A stretch of DNA of 64,000 nt from contig OZ176054.1 in assembly GCA_964247055.1 (NCBI GenBank), forward strand, positions 10,168,001 through 10,232,000, written 5' to 3'. The notes beneath the pieces were generated by a model. The model was not told where the DNA came from. It did no database searches and was given only the letters and a program-made list of their open reading frames with translations. Within the stretch, counting starts at the first letter, position 1. Each line of letters opens with the position of its first letter. The translations under genes were made by a program, and so were the position numbers. This stretch comes from Paragordius varius. Its lineage: Eukaryota; Animalia; Nematomorpha. Shown here piece after piece: positions 44,599 through 58,854 of the stretch.

Positions 44599-47500
44599 AT
44601 GATATAAACCAATAATATTTTATTATTTCCAAATCAACCATTATTTTTCAACAATCAAATAATATTTCCCACAAACAATATATATTACCCAATAATATTT
44701 AAGTATTCCTACAATCAACCATATTTTTTCAACAATCAAATAATATTTCAAATAATCAAAATATAGTGCCCAAAAATATTTTAGTACTCCCAACAATCCA
44801 CCACATTTTTCAACAATCAAAATATATTTCAAATAATCAAAATATATAACCCAAAAATATTTTAGTATTCCCAACAATCAACCATATTTTTTCAACAATC
44901 AAATAATTTTTCCCACAAACAATATATATTACCCAATAATATTTAAGTATTCCTACAATCAACCATATTTTTTCAACAATCAAATAATATTTCACACAAT
45001 CAAAATATATTACCCAATAATATTTAAGTATTCCCAACAATCCACCATATTTTTCAATAATCAAATTATATTAACATTCAAATTATATAAATCAATAATA
45101 TTTTAGTATTCCCACAATCAACCATATTTTTTTAACAATCAAATAATATTTCCAACAATCAAAATATATTACCCAAAAATATTTTTGTATTTCCAACAAT
45201 CAACCATATTTTTTCAACAATCAAATAATATTTCACACAATCAAAATATATTACCCAATAATATTTAAGTATTCTCAACAATCCACCATATTTTTCAATA
45301 ATCAAATTATATTAACATTCAAATTATATAAACCAATAATATTTTAGTATTCCCACAATCAACCATATTTTTTCAACAATCAAATAATATTTCCCACAAT
45401 CAAAATATATTACCCAATAATATTTAAGTATTCCCAACAATCAACCATATTTTTTCAACAATTAAATAATATTTATAATCAAAATATACTACCCAATAAT
45501 ATTTTAGTACTCCCAACAATCCACCATATTTTTCAACAATCAAATTATATTAAAATTCAAATTATATAAACCAATAAATTTTTAATATTCCCACAATCAA
45601 CCTTATTTTTTCAACAATCAAATTATATTTTCAACATTCAAATTATATTAACGATTAATATTTTACTATTCCCACAATCAACCATATTTTTCAACAAAAT
45701 AATATTTCCAATAATCAATAATATTTTGGTTATCCCGACAATCAACCATATTTTTCAACAATCAAATAATATTTCCCACAAAAAAAATATATTAACCATT
45801 AATATTTTAGTATTTCCAACAATCAACCATTATTTTTCAACAATCAAATTGTATTTTCAACAATTAAAATATATTACCCAAAAACTTAGTCCAAACAATC
45901 AAATAAAATTTCCAATAATCAATAATATTTTAGTATTCCCACCAATCTACCATATTTTTCAACAATCAAAAAATATTTCCAACAATCCAAATATATTACC
46001 GAATAATATTTTAGTATTAATTTTAACAATCAAATAAAAAAATAATTAAAATATATTACCCAAATATATTTTAGTATTCACAACAATCAACCATTTTTTT
46101 TCAACATTCAAATAATATTCCATAAATTAAATATTACCCAAAAATTTAGTAATCCTAACAATACCATATTTTTTCACAATAAATTATAATTTCAACAATC
46201 AAATTATATTAAATAATAATATTATACGATTTCCCACAATCAACCATATTAGAATATTTTAATATTAGCAACAATCAAACACATTTTTTCAGCAATCTAA
46301 TATTATTTCCACCAATCAAATAATTTTAACCAATAATATTTTACTATTTGCAACAATCAACCATATTTTTTCAACAATCAAATTATATTTTTACAGTCAA
46401 ATAATATTAACCAATAATATTTTAGTATTTTCAACAATCAATCAATTTTTTAAAATTTAATTAAATTTTCAACAATTAAAATATAATACCCAAAAATGTT
46501 TTAGTTTTTTCAACAATCAACCATATTATTTTAACAATTTAATACTTCCAACAATCAAAATATATAATCCAATAATATTTTAGTATTCCCAACAATTAAA
46601 CATTTTATTCAACAAAAATAATATTCCAACAATCAAAATATATTACCCAAATATATTTTAGTATTTCCAATCAATAGTATTTTTAAACATTCAAAGAATA
46701 ATTATAACTATCTTAATATATTAGCCAATAATATATTAGAATATCCAACAATCAACCATGATTTTTCATTAATCAAATAATATTTTCTACAATCAAAATA
46801 TAATCACCCAATAATATTTTAGTATTTCCAACTATCAACCATATTTTTTCAACAATTAAATAATACTTCCAATAATCAAAATATATTACCTAATAATATT
46901 TATTTCCAACAATCAACCATATTTTTTCAAGAATCAAATAATATTTCCACCAATCAACATATATTACCCATAAATATTTTAATATTTCCAATCAACCATA
47001 TTTTTTCAACAATTAAATTATATTTTCAGCAATCAAATTATATTAACCAATAATATTATACTATCCACAATCAATCATATTTTTTTAACAATCAAATAAT
47101 ATTTCCAATAATTTAAATATATTACCAAAAATATTTTAGTATTACCAACAATCAATTATATTTTTTAAGCAATCTAATAATATTTCCAACAATCAAATTA
47201 TTTTAACCAATAATATTATACTATTTCGAACGATCATTTATATTTTTAAACAATTAAATTATATTTTCATCAATTAATATTAGCTAAAAATATTTTGGTA
47301 TTTCCAACAATCATCCATATAATTTTAACAATCAAATAATATTTCGAATAATTAAAATATATAACGCTATAATATTTTAGTATTTCCAACAATCAACCAT
47401 ATTTTTTCAACAATTATAATTTCAACAGTCAAATTATATTAACCAAAAATATTTTAGTATTTCCAACAATCAAACATATTTTTTCAACAATCAAATTATA

Positions 47501-50160
47501 ATTTCAACAGTCAAATTATACTAACCAATAATATTTTAGTATTGGAACAATCAACCATTTTTATTCAACAATCAAATAACGTTTCAAATAATCAAAATAA
47601 ATTACCCACCAATATTTTAGTATTCCCAACAATAAACCATATTTTTTCAACAATCAAATATTATTTTCAATAATTAAAATATATTACCCGAAAATATTTT
47701 AGTATTTCCAACAATCAAACTTATTTTTTCAACAATCAAATTATAATTTCAACAGTCAGATTATACTAACCAATAATATTTTAGTATTTGAACAATCAAC
47801 CATTTTTTTCAACAATCAAATATTATTTCCCACAATCTAAATATATTACCCAATAATATTTTAGTATTCCCACAATAAACCATATTTTTCAACAATCGAA
47901 TTCCGATAATTTAAATATATTACCTAATAATATTTTAGTATTTCCAACAATCTATCTTATAGTTTTAACAATCAAATAATATTTCCAACAATCAAAATAT
48001 ATAACCCAATAATATTTTGGTATTTAAAACAAACAATCATCTAGTTTCAAAATCAAATAATATTTCCAACAATCAAAATATAGTACCCAATAATAATTTA
48101 GTATTTCCAACAATCAAATATAAAAACAATCATTATATTTCCAATAATTAAAATATATTACCTAATAATATTTTAGTATTTCCAACAGTCAATCATACAG
48201 TTTCAACAAAAAATTATATTTCGAAATCAAAATATATTATAACTAATAATATTTTCATCAATCAAATAATATTACCAGCAATTAAATTGTATTGCCCAAT
48301 TATATTTTAGTATTTCCAACAATCAATTACAAATCAGATCATATTTCCAATAATTAAAATATATTACCTAATAATATTTTAGTATTTCCAACAATCAATC
48401 ATGTAGTTTCAACAATCAAATAATCTTTCCAATAATCAAAATATATTAACCAATAATATTTTAGTATTCCCAATAATCAATCATATATTTAGAACAATCA
48501 AATTATATTACCAATAATTGAAATAAATTGCCTAATAATATTTTAGTATTTCCAACAATCAACCATATAATTTCAACAATCAAATAATATTTTATACAAT
48601 CAAAATATATTACCCAAAAATATTTTAGTATTCACAACAATCAACCATTTTTTTTCAACATTCAAATGATATTCCATAAATTAAATATTAGCCAAAAATT
48701 TAGTAATCCTAACAATACCATGTTTTTTCACAATAAATTATAATTTCAACAATCAAATTATATTAAATAATAATATTATACGATTTCCCACAATCAACCA
48801 TATTAGAATATTTTAGTATTAGCAACAATCAAACACATTTTTTCAGCAATCTAATATTATTTCCACCAATCAAATAATTTTAACCAATAATATTTTACTA
48901 TTTGCAACAATCAACCATATTTTTTCAACAATCAAATTATATTTTCAAAGTCAAATAATATTAACCAATAATATTAGTATTTTCAACAATCAATCATTTT
49001 TTTAAACTTTAATTAAATTTTCAACAATCAAAATATATTACCCAAAAATATTTTAGTTTTTTCAACAATCAACCATATTTTTTAACAATTTAATACTTCC
49101 AACAATCAAAATATATAATCCAATAATATTTTAGTATTCCCAACAATTAAACATTTTATTCAACAAAAATAATATTCCAACAACCAAAATATATTACCCA
49201 AATATATTTTAGTATTTCCAATAATCAATAGTATTTTTAACAAAGAATAATTATAACTATCTTAATATATTAGCCAATAATATATTAGAATATCCAACAA
49301 TCAACCATAATTTTTCATTAATCAAATAATATTTTCTACAATCAAAATATAATCACCCAATAATATTTTAGTATTTCCAACAATCAACCATATAATTTCA
49401 ACAATCAAATAATATTTCCAACAATCAAAATATATTATCCAATAATATTTTAGTATTTAACAATCAACCATATAATTTTAACAATCAAATAATATTTCTA
49501 ACATTAATATATTACCCAATAATATTTTAGTATTCCCAACAATCAACCATATAATTTCAACAATCAAATAATATTTCCAAAAATCAAAATATATAACCCA
49601 AATATTTATTTCCAACAATCACCCATATAAGTTTAACTATCAAATTATATTAAAATATATTTCCTAATCATATATGAATATTTCCAACAATCATTCATAT
49701 AGTTTCAACAAACAAATAATATGTTAACAATCAAAATATATAACCCAATAATGTTTTAGTATTCCTAATTTTTATTCATATATTTTCAAATTTCAAATCA
49801 TTCCAACAATCAAAATATATTCTCCAATAATTTAGTATTTCCAACAATTAAAATATATTATTTAATAATATTATAGTATTTCCAATCAATAATACATTTT
49901 CAACAATCAATTAATATTTCCCACAATGAAAATATATTACCCATAAATATTTCAGTATATCCAACAATCAATCATATAATTTCAACAATATTATATGTCC
50001 AACAATCAAAATATATTACCTAATAATATTTTGAATAATCAATAATATATTTTCACCAATCAAATAATATTTCCAACAATCAAAATATATTACTCAATAA
50101 CATTTTAGTATTCCAAAAATCAATCATAGAATTTCAACAATACATTTATATTTCCAATAA
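44599..50160 (+). repeat. Satellite array III: forward orientation, progressively more diverged towards the array edge
   Basis: Recognisable monomers with ~240-bp local repeats at 44.6-45.5 kb. Increasingly degenerate CAACAATCAA-based units to ~50160, then unique sequence. Confidence 0.93.
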
Positions 50161-50490
50161 TTATAATAAGAAGCTAGTCCCCGGACAACTCTTAGCCTTC
50201 TCATAAATTGATCGAATCGTAAAATGTCACGTAGATAAAATAATTGTAATACACATAAAACTAGAACATTTTAACACAATTTTTATTTTGAGACTAAAGT
50301 TAACTTCAAATATACATTGATAAACATTTCGAATTTTGTAGATTTTATAATTTATATCATCAATACTATTATATATATACACTATATGCACAAAAATTTT
50401 AACAAAATAATTTTATTTCATGAGATAGCTTATGACCAGCATATTTATTTTCCGTAAAAAATTTTATTTGTTTACGACTTAGTTTTTGAA

Positions 50491-51380
50491 ATTATTATTA
50501 TTAGATTACAGGTTTTCACTCGTGAGAGCCGTCATGTTATACAACCTGTCTCACCGAAGAACACTATATATGGCATCTTCTGCATTAAGCTCGTATTCTG
50601 CTAGCTCTCTTTTTAATAAGTCTGTTTTCTTTAACTATATGACTATCTATTATTTTGTATATAATTAGAATCTTTTCTTTCAATGTGCCCGAACCAACGT
50701 AGCCTATTTTTACATTCTTTCCACTAGTTGTTTAACATTTGTGCTCCCACAAATAAATTCTTAACTCTGTCTTTTCTTGTACCCCACACATCATTCTAAG
50801 CATTTTCATTTCCGTGAGCTAAAATGTCTTTCTTCGGATTTTTTGACGCCCCAGGTCTGTGAATTATACATTATTGTGGGTTAAGCAACTGAACTGTATA
50901 TCTTACCTTTCACTCTAACATCAATATTTCGATCACCTAACACGCTTGAAAATTTCTTCACCCAACTGCTCTTTATTCTTAAATTAATATCATCGGTCAA
51001 CGATCCATCGGAACTTAACATTGCCCCCAAATATTTGCACCTTTCTTTACCCTTCAGAACCCAACTATCATCAACTTCCATTTGATGTTGTGGAACCCCA
51101 AAAGTAATAAATTCAGTGTTTGCTTTGTTTACTTTCAGACCGTATTGATTCAGTATATTAACCCATCTGTTTACCTTTCGCTTTAATTCAGCCAATGAAT
51201 CAGGTAAGATGATTATGTCTTCTGCATACATTAAGTACCAATCAGACCTTACATTAACGACCTTGGCTACCTCGTACATACAAATTATAAACAATAAGGG
51301 GCTGAGTGATGTGCCTTGCTACACTCCATGCCTTATTGAAAAGGGCTCTTATAAACCTTTTGGAGTTTTGATCCTGGAGG
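50491..51380 (-). pseudogene. 5'-truncated, degenerate RTE-clade LINE fragment (a different family from the 41.7-44.6 kb copy)
   Basis: The minus strand encodes GV*QGTSLSPLLF, LMYAED (YADD-like), YGLKVNKANTE, KYLGAML and EMKMLRMMCG with stops and frameshifts. A (TAA)n-like tail lies at 50491-50502. Confidence 0.8.
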
Positions 51381-51383
51381 TTT

Positions 51384-52352
51384 ATTGAGAGAAAAATCGG
51401 GAAAAACGTGATAAGGATAATTTAAAAAATAATGATGAAAGTTGAAATATTATGGGTTAGGAGATATTATTAATATATAAATAGCCTAATCATATAGTTA
51501 AGATTTCTTTAAAATCTCACACACTTAAAAGACAAAATATTTTTTATGAAACTATATTAAAATAATTTTTTTAATTATTTGCTACAACTCTCTATTAAAA
51601 TCGTATTCAATATTTTATTCAGTAAAAAAACTTATATCAAAATTAAACTAAAAAAGAGTGTTTTTTTAATTTTTTCAACTGGTTTATGAAATGTTTATAC
51701 TGTTTTATTTTGGAATCTTACATGAGTGGAAGCTATATAATTTATGCAAAATAGGATTTAAAAGTAGTGGAATATCAAAAATCCTTACAAATCCCTGTAA
51801 ACACAAATTAATATTTTTACTGAAATAAGCACGGATTTTTGGTTGATTTTACACTACTTGTAAATTTTATTTTGTACTAATTTATATACTTTATAATTTA
51901 CGCTCGTGTGAAATGCCAAAATAAAATAGTTTTTTTTTTAAATAATAAACGCATTTTTACAACTGTGGAATAAAAATTATGATTCGGAATATGTATACTT
52001 CAAATAAAACGAGAAATAGAAAAATTATAAAAAAAAATATTATAAAGGTAATTTCGCGCATTTTTTGAGGAATTACTTGTAAATTTTATTTTGTATTAAT
52101 TTATATACTTTATAATTTACGCTCGTGTGAAATGCCAAAAAACAGTAAGTTTTTTATAACGTCATAAACCGAAATGAAAAACGCCATCTTTTGAACTGAG
52201 ATTTTATAGAAATCCTAACTATATTTTAGGCTATTTATACATTGAAAATATCTCCTAAAATGATAATAAACCATAATATCCCAACTTTTATCATTATTTT
52301 TTGAATTATCCTTAATTTCCAATTTTTGCCCGATATCGATTTTCTCTTAATA
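51384..52352. mobile_element. Degenerate foldback/MITE-like element with ~135-155 bp imperfect terminal inverted repeats
   Basis: 51384-51519 is an imperfect inverted repeat of 52197-52352 (shared blocks TAAGGATAATT-AAAAAATAATGAT, TTAGGAGATATT, TATAAATAGCCTAA, AAAATCTCA). A 67-bp direct repeat lies inside (51855-51921 / 52074-52140). No TSD identified. Confidence 0.6.
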
Positions 52353-52633
52353 TTTCAAAAACTAAAAAATCAACAAATTAAAATTTTTGCGGCAAATGAA
52401 TTCGCTGGTAGCTATCTCATGAAAAAAAATTTTTGTTAAAAAAAATTAACCCTCCTTTTTGCACACAGTATATATATTTTACCGAATGTCTTCTGAAACT
52501 GTTGACACATACTTAAGGAAAAACAACGTATCCAATTATATTTCATAAAATATATTATGTCAAAATCAAATAAACCCCAAAATTTATTTGTTTTTACCCG
52601 TTATTTAATGATTGAATTTAATTTATATTTTTA

Positions 52634-55600
52634 TCACATAAAAGAAAAAGCCAATTTTCCATAAGTTAAACCAATGTTTGGTTTGGGCTTATAAACTAAA
52701 AAGTATTCGTCTTCTTCAAATGTTATTCCATTCAACTCATATATAAAACAATTTCCATCCTAAACAATAATTAAAATATATTAAGGAAAAATTAATATAA
52801 CCTTAAGAGTTACATTATTCATAATTTTTAATATAAAATATGAGTAATTTTGGTTAATTCCACATCATTTTGCTTGTTAATTAGAAAGAGTTTTTTTGCG
52901 ACGAATTCTAACTGAAATCCAGTGTTTTAAAAAATATCCCAATATAAACTACTGCAAAATTTTTATCATATTATATCAATCATAATAACTTACTCGTTTA
53001 ACTTTAATAGCCGCCTCCATGAGCGTTTTACTTTTTGATTCTATGAATAGGTTATAGATGTTGGTTGGGCTTAATTCCAAAAATTTTGTACAGATTTTTA
53101 AGGTATCATTGTTTATACAACCATAATCATCTTGGAGTATATTTACTTTTTCTATGTATGTTGTATTATAAATAAATGTTTCAATATAATAATCAAAAGA
53201 GATTCTTATAAAAACATGTCAAATGCAGATAAGCTTAGTTTCTACTATATTTATTAAAATAGGAATAAGACGGACACTGTTTTCTATAGTGTGTTGGTAA
53301 AAACTATGTCATGTAAAAATATTTATAGTGTTCTTTTTTAATCAATATAGCTAGCTAGCTATTTTAATAAAAAAATAAATTACCAGTAACCGTGTCGCCA
53401 TCGTCTATTATATAGATATATATATATATAACTAGTAATACAAGGGTATTAATTTTTTTTATACATATATACAAATAAATAAAATTGAAATTTTAACATA
53501 AGCCAAAAATTTAATAAGCATTAAAATGGAGTTGTTTTTAATATACAGATGTCGAGCTTTTTTTACAGCCCATATAAAAAATTGTGGGCCCCATTATAAA
53601 TAAAATGTTTGGATATGCTAAATATCTCATCCCAAATTTTTATCCTAATATGTTTTTAAATTTGGAGGTATGAAAATTATAACTTTCCTAGGGCTTTCAA
53701 GTAATTTAAAAGCATAATTAGTTAAATGAAATGCTTAACCTATATGCAGTGGCGTACCGAGCATTTGCGGCGCCCGGGGCATAAAACTTTTATGGCGCCC
53801 CCCCCCCCCCCCCCCCCCCCCTCCCCCCTTTTTTTAAAACCCAATAAAACAATTTAGTAAAAAAATACAAACGTTGTAACCTAAACACCATAGATAAGAC
53901 AGCAGAGTCATATAAATTTTAAATCTATTAAATGTATATATTTATATGATACTAAATTTATTCAATGGTACTAATTAGGTGAATAATAGAGTATATATTA
54001 TAGGGATTATTACCTAAATTGCTGAAAAATCTCAGTTGAAAGTTCTTATTATTTTTGCATAATTACAATCTAATTTTAAATAATCATTTAGGCGCCTCTA
54101 AATAACGGCGCCCGGGGCATGATGCACCCCCTTGCCCCCCCATCGGTACGCCCCTGCCTAAATGGGCATCAAATATGAAAATAAATGTAAAGATGGCACT
54201 TAAAACGTTTCAATTAAATTCCGTTAAAATGTAACGGCGTATATAAAATCTTACAAATTTTTTTTATAAAGTTCGGGTAGCAACGATTCCCTAAAGTTTT
54301 TTAAATTTGGCGGACCATGTAAAAAGGGATAACGCTATTTTCATTTATAAAATATAAGAAAAGTAATTTTCGTAAATTTGCATTTCCCACAAAATATATT
54401 CAACATAATGTGTGCGATCTTTGTATAATTTTGTTTGAATATACAAAATGTTTACAACAATGAGCTGGATCCTAGATAAAAACACCATGACGCAATCCTA
54501 TAATACCCTATTTTATATTTAAAATGTAAAACCATATTACCAAAATCTAAAAAAACGGTATATATTCCAATTTTAAATGGTATATATTTTAAGTGTATAA
54601 AATGAATAATTGTTAGGCAAATAGTCAGACTTTTTTAATTAAGATGAGGAGGGGACTAAAAAAACTGTCAAAATATAACATTTTAAATATCGCCCGTGTT
54701 TAGCTAAGAGGATTTATCCCGTTATCACTGCTATTATGATATTAAATGTCAACATCATACATAAAATCATCTATCTATATAATATAAATAGATATTTAAG
54801 CAATTATTACACTTACAGGTAATATCTGTTAAAATTTGACGGGATATATCTTTTTCTCTACCGAATGTAGTTTGTATCATTATAGAATAATCTCCAGGCT
54901 CCAGATTTTCAACAATGAATGTTGAACTTTCATTCTAATGATGTGCAAAAATTAATAACTCATATGCCAACCCAGATTAGAAAAAAGTAAATTCTTTCTC
55001 TAATCTCTTAACCAAAAGGCTCTCAAATGATTTTTAAGAAAAGTATATATTGGTAGGTAAAACTTTTAAAAAAATCGGAGCTTTAATTTCAATGGCATTT
55101 TTTAAATGGTTAGTGATAACTAATTTTTTTAAATATCGTATAAAATTCATTAAAAACACTCTTAATTTTTATTTATTTAAGATTATTAATTTGAATAATA
55201 TGTATTTTACTATATAATTTTTGCGAAATTATATTCATAAAAGAGTTCATTTAAAGATTTTCTGCGGCCTAGAATGTTTTTTATAATCGATCGGAGGTAA
55301 ATTTATAGATATAGGAAGAAATAATGCAAACCAAATTTACATAGTATGGTTAAAAATTTACATGTTATTTAATATTTACAGTAGGCATTTTAATGGATCC
55401 TATTTCACACTATAGTAGGGCAATTTGTAACACAGTAGTGTATGGAAAAAAAGAAAGGAAAAGATTGTTTACTCAATATTTTGGTGTTTATTCCATATAC
55501 TACCGGTATTGCAAATTGCCCAATTATAGTGTCAAACAAGCAACCATTCAAATGCATACTGTAAAATTAAGTAGGGAAAATGCATTTTTAAGCAGGGGTG

Positions 55601-56312
55601 TTCAACACACATGGCTTAGCGGGCCGTATTTTCGACTCAACCAAACAAGCAGACTTTTAAATATATATGAGGAAAGTCGTAAATCTTTTATTTAGTTTTA
55701 AACGAAAACTGTTTAGCAAACAACACACTATAATAATTTTTTCCATTTCGCTGCCAATCGAATAGACTTATTTACAAATTTTCTTTGAGAATTATCAAGT
55801 TCGTTAAAATCACATATTTTTGCAAATTCGAGGGCCGCACATAAATTCTTGGCACCCCCTGATCTAAAGTCTATAATATATTTCATAAACTTTATATTTA
55901 TATTTATATACCATGTGCACTTCTATAGTGTCGATGAATACTTCAAGTTTCTTGAACATTTAGGGTTAGCCTTTAAACATTTCATATTGGCCCTTTAACA
56001 TTTTAATGTTTATAACTTTTATTGATCAAACCATGTAACATTCATTATCCTATGATATTTATATCTTATTTATCCTAAACTATTAAAAGATTAACAACTT
56101 TTTTCATTCAAAAACCGTATCTCTTTAATATTTGTTAAAAAATATTTTTTTAATATAACTACGGTTTTTAACTAAAAAGTATATAAGTTTTGTGGGTTAT
56201 AGATTATAATTTTAGTTAAAAAACATTTTGATTAAAATATTGATGAATTGGAGAAAATTAGTTAAAAACAAAAAAGTTTTTAGTTGAAAAAATGTTAATT
56301 TTATTAAAATAC

Positions 56313-56363
<51 letters not shown>

Positions 56364-58819
56364 GTGCAAAAATTATGGTTATACACAAACTTTCAAAAAA
56401 TAAAGAACTTCAAGTCGTTAGAACTTGAAGTGTTCAACACTAACTCGAAGTGTTTAAGGACCAACTTAAAAGTTCAAGGAGCAACAACCTGAAGTATTCA
56501 TGGACATTCAAATGCAAATTGTAAATATAAACCATAAAATTTGTTAGAGTTATCCTTTTCTTGCCAAATATGTTAAAAACAACCAAGCCATTTTTGTCAG
56601 ATACTGGAGACAATTCATATTCTAATATTAAATTCTTTGTATTTTCCCCATCTTCGATCCACATTTCATAACTCTGAATTCCATAGATTGATGATTTACG
56701 ATCAAAGCAGTTACTTTCCTCCAAAACTGAATATTGTAATATAATGTAAAATTAGTTAGTTTATAATAAATGTAATCGAAATATTTGAGTTTGGTGCATC
56801 CTCTTTATGTAAATCATATCTAGTTAAAAATGAGTGTAAATTCAACCTATATATCTTAGAGAATATGTTAACATAATAAAATTTTTCAATAGCATAATAC
56901 TTGTTTTTACTCGCGATCTTATTAGGTGACGAAAATTTAAGATTCTTAAAAAAATATATATTGAAAAAATCAGAAACCGTTGTAAAACCGTAACAACCAT
57001 TAGCCTAATGTGACCAGATAGGCTGTTTTTTGCAGTACAGTACTGGGTTTTCAGAAAAAAACTGCGCCCTTACTGCGCCCACTTTTGTACTTTTTGAAAT
57101 TAAAATTTTTTTTATAAATATATATTAATTACCTTTTATTTATTTAAAAAAAAATTATTTTAGATTCAATATAGCCCTGCGTAAAAATAACCATAATTTG
57201 TAGAGAATCGGTTCATTTTGCTGTAAAAAACTAGGATTGACCTATTTTAAATTGGTTGATATTTTATTTTCTGCTACATAAAACTTAGGATTGCAGCCTT
57301 TCACGCAGTGGCGAAACTATAAATCTCGAACTCCACACCATAAGATTCTGGCTAATGGCTCTTTCACTCAGGGCTTCAGCAAAAAGAGGTGCCTCAAAAT
57401 TTAAAATTAACAAAATTAATATATGATATTGTAATAAATGTTTGATTAAGTTTAGAAAGGTAATTTTGTTATAATTATCAAACGGAAAATTATATAGAAA
57501 ATTGTTATTCCCGTAACATAATGTATAAAATTTATTATTTATGGCATATGATTTCGAAATAACCTTTTCGAATATTAAGAGTTTTTACGTTTTCTATTCT
57601 TATTAGGTGGGAGGTATAATATTACTTAATTTTTTTCCTAAACTTTAATTTTTATTAGTTTTCATATTTTTTTGCATAAACAAATTTGAGATATTTTGTT
57701 GAAGCGTACTTCTAACGATTTTAAAGCGTTGGAAACGGTATAACGCTTTAAGATATAATAAATCCCTTTTTCTAAATAATTCGATGATGTTGAACATTAC
57801 TATAGGTTCAGAATTTTAATTTAAAAGTTTGTTTGCTTGAAAATTTTGGTGAATTTTTGTAAAAAAAACACAATATATATTTAACATAAATTTGAAAACG
57901 AACTAATATTTTAGTCAAATTTTTGATTAATTAACATTTTCGAATTACATATAATTTTATAACATCTCAACCGTTTATATCGTTTCCATCATGGTCAAAA
58001 TAATAATACGCTTTACAAAATTTTGCTAAAAAATGAAAGTGTGATTTTTAAAAATTATATTTAGTTGATATCAAAATTTAGTATATTTAAAATTATTGCA
58101 CAATGTCGGAATTTGTGTTTATTTTAAGAAAACAGTCCATTTTAAAAGAGTCCACATGTAAATTAGCTTTCACCACCAAAAAATATTTGAAAAAATTGGG
58201 CACCTTTTGCAATTTTAAACGGAGCACCTACCACAAAAGTACCTTTCTCTAATAACTCGTAAAGGTTAAAACAAAAAGCTCCATAATAATCCTGATATTT
58301 TCCTATCAGAATATATATATTTCATCAGGATGTTTTGTGGAAACTGTGCAATATACCACATGATGGTCCAAAAACAGGCAAACTATGTTTAAATCTGCGT
58401 CTAAATTCAAAATATCTGGTCACATTAGCTTGTCTATGTTTTTTTTAAATAGATCTAGATTCTGTCTATTTAAACGGAAATTAGTCATGTTTTGGGGGCG
58501 CAATAAAAGATTAAATAATAACTTAAATTTGTCAATATACCTGAATTTGGTACATCAATTTTGATAGAAATACAATCATCGTTTTGTGATAAGATAGTTG
58601 ATGTCATATTGATATCATGAAAATACATCTCATTTCCAGTATCTTATTATTTATATTACTATGATTTACTGTTATAAGGCTCTAGTGTCGTACCTTTTAA
58701 ATGATTACAATAAAAATTACCTCCTCCGATGTGTGAGGAGTTTAATGGAACTTGGATAATAAAACTAGTGCCTTGGAATTTTAAGTAAAATATTTACCAA
58801 TATTCGTCCCTGTATATAG

Positions 58820-58854
<35 letters not shown>

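Noticed and set aside
42122-44612. Minus-strand ORFs inside the RTE
   Set aside because: Antisense shadows of the LINE coding region.
1278-46037. Dozens of 60-105 aa ORFs (KYYLIVEKIWLIVGNTK..., YSQQSTIFFQLSNN...)
   Set aside because: They are translations of the satellite monomer, mostly with non-ATG starts and no domain content.
50470-50482. 13-nt match (GTTTACGACTTAG) to the RTE 3' end at 44570-44582
   Set aside because: The match is isolated, the 5' half of the stem-loop is absent, and flanking homology is lacking; probably chance or an unassignable relic.
55915-56517. Possible inverted-repeat element (ATGAATACTTCA / TGAAGTATTCAT)
   Set aside because: The arms are short and imperfect, with no TSD or clear termini.
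57305-57400. CAGTGGCG start resembling a hAT MITE terminus
   Set aside because: No matching opposite terminus or TSD found.
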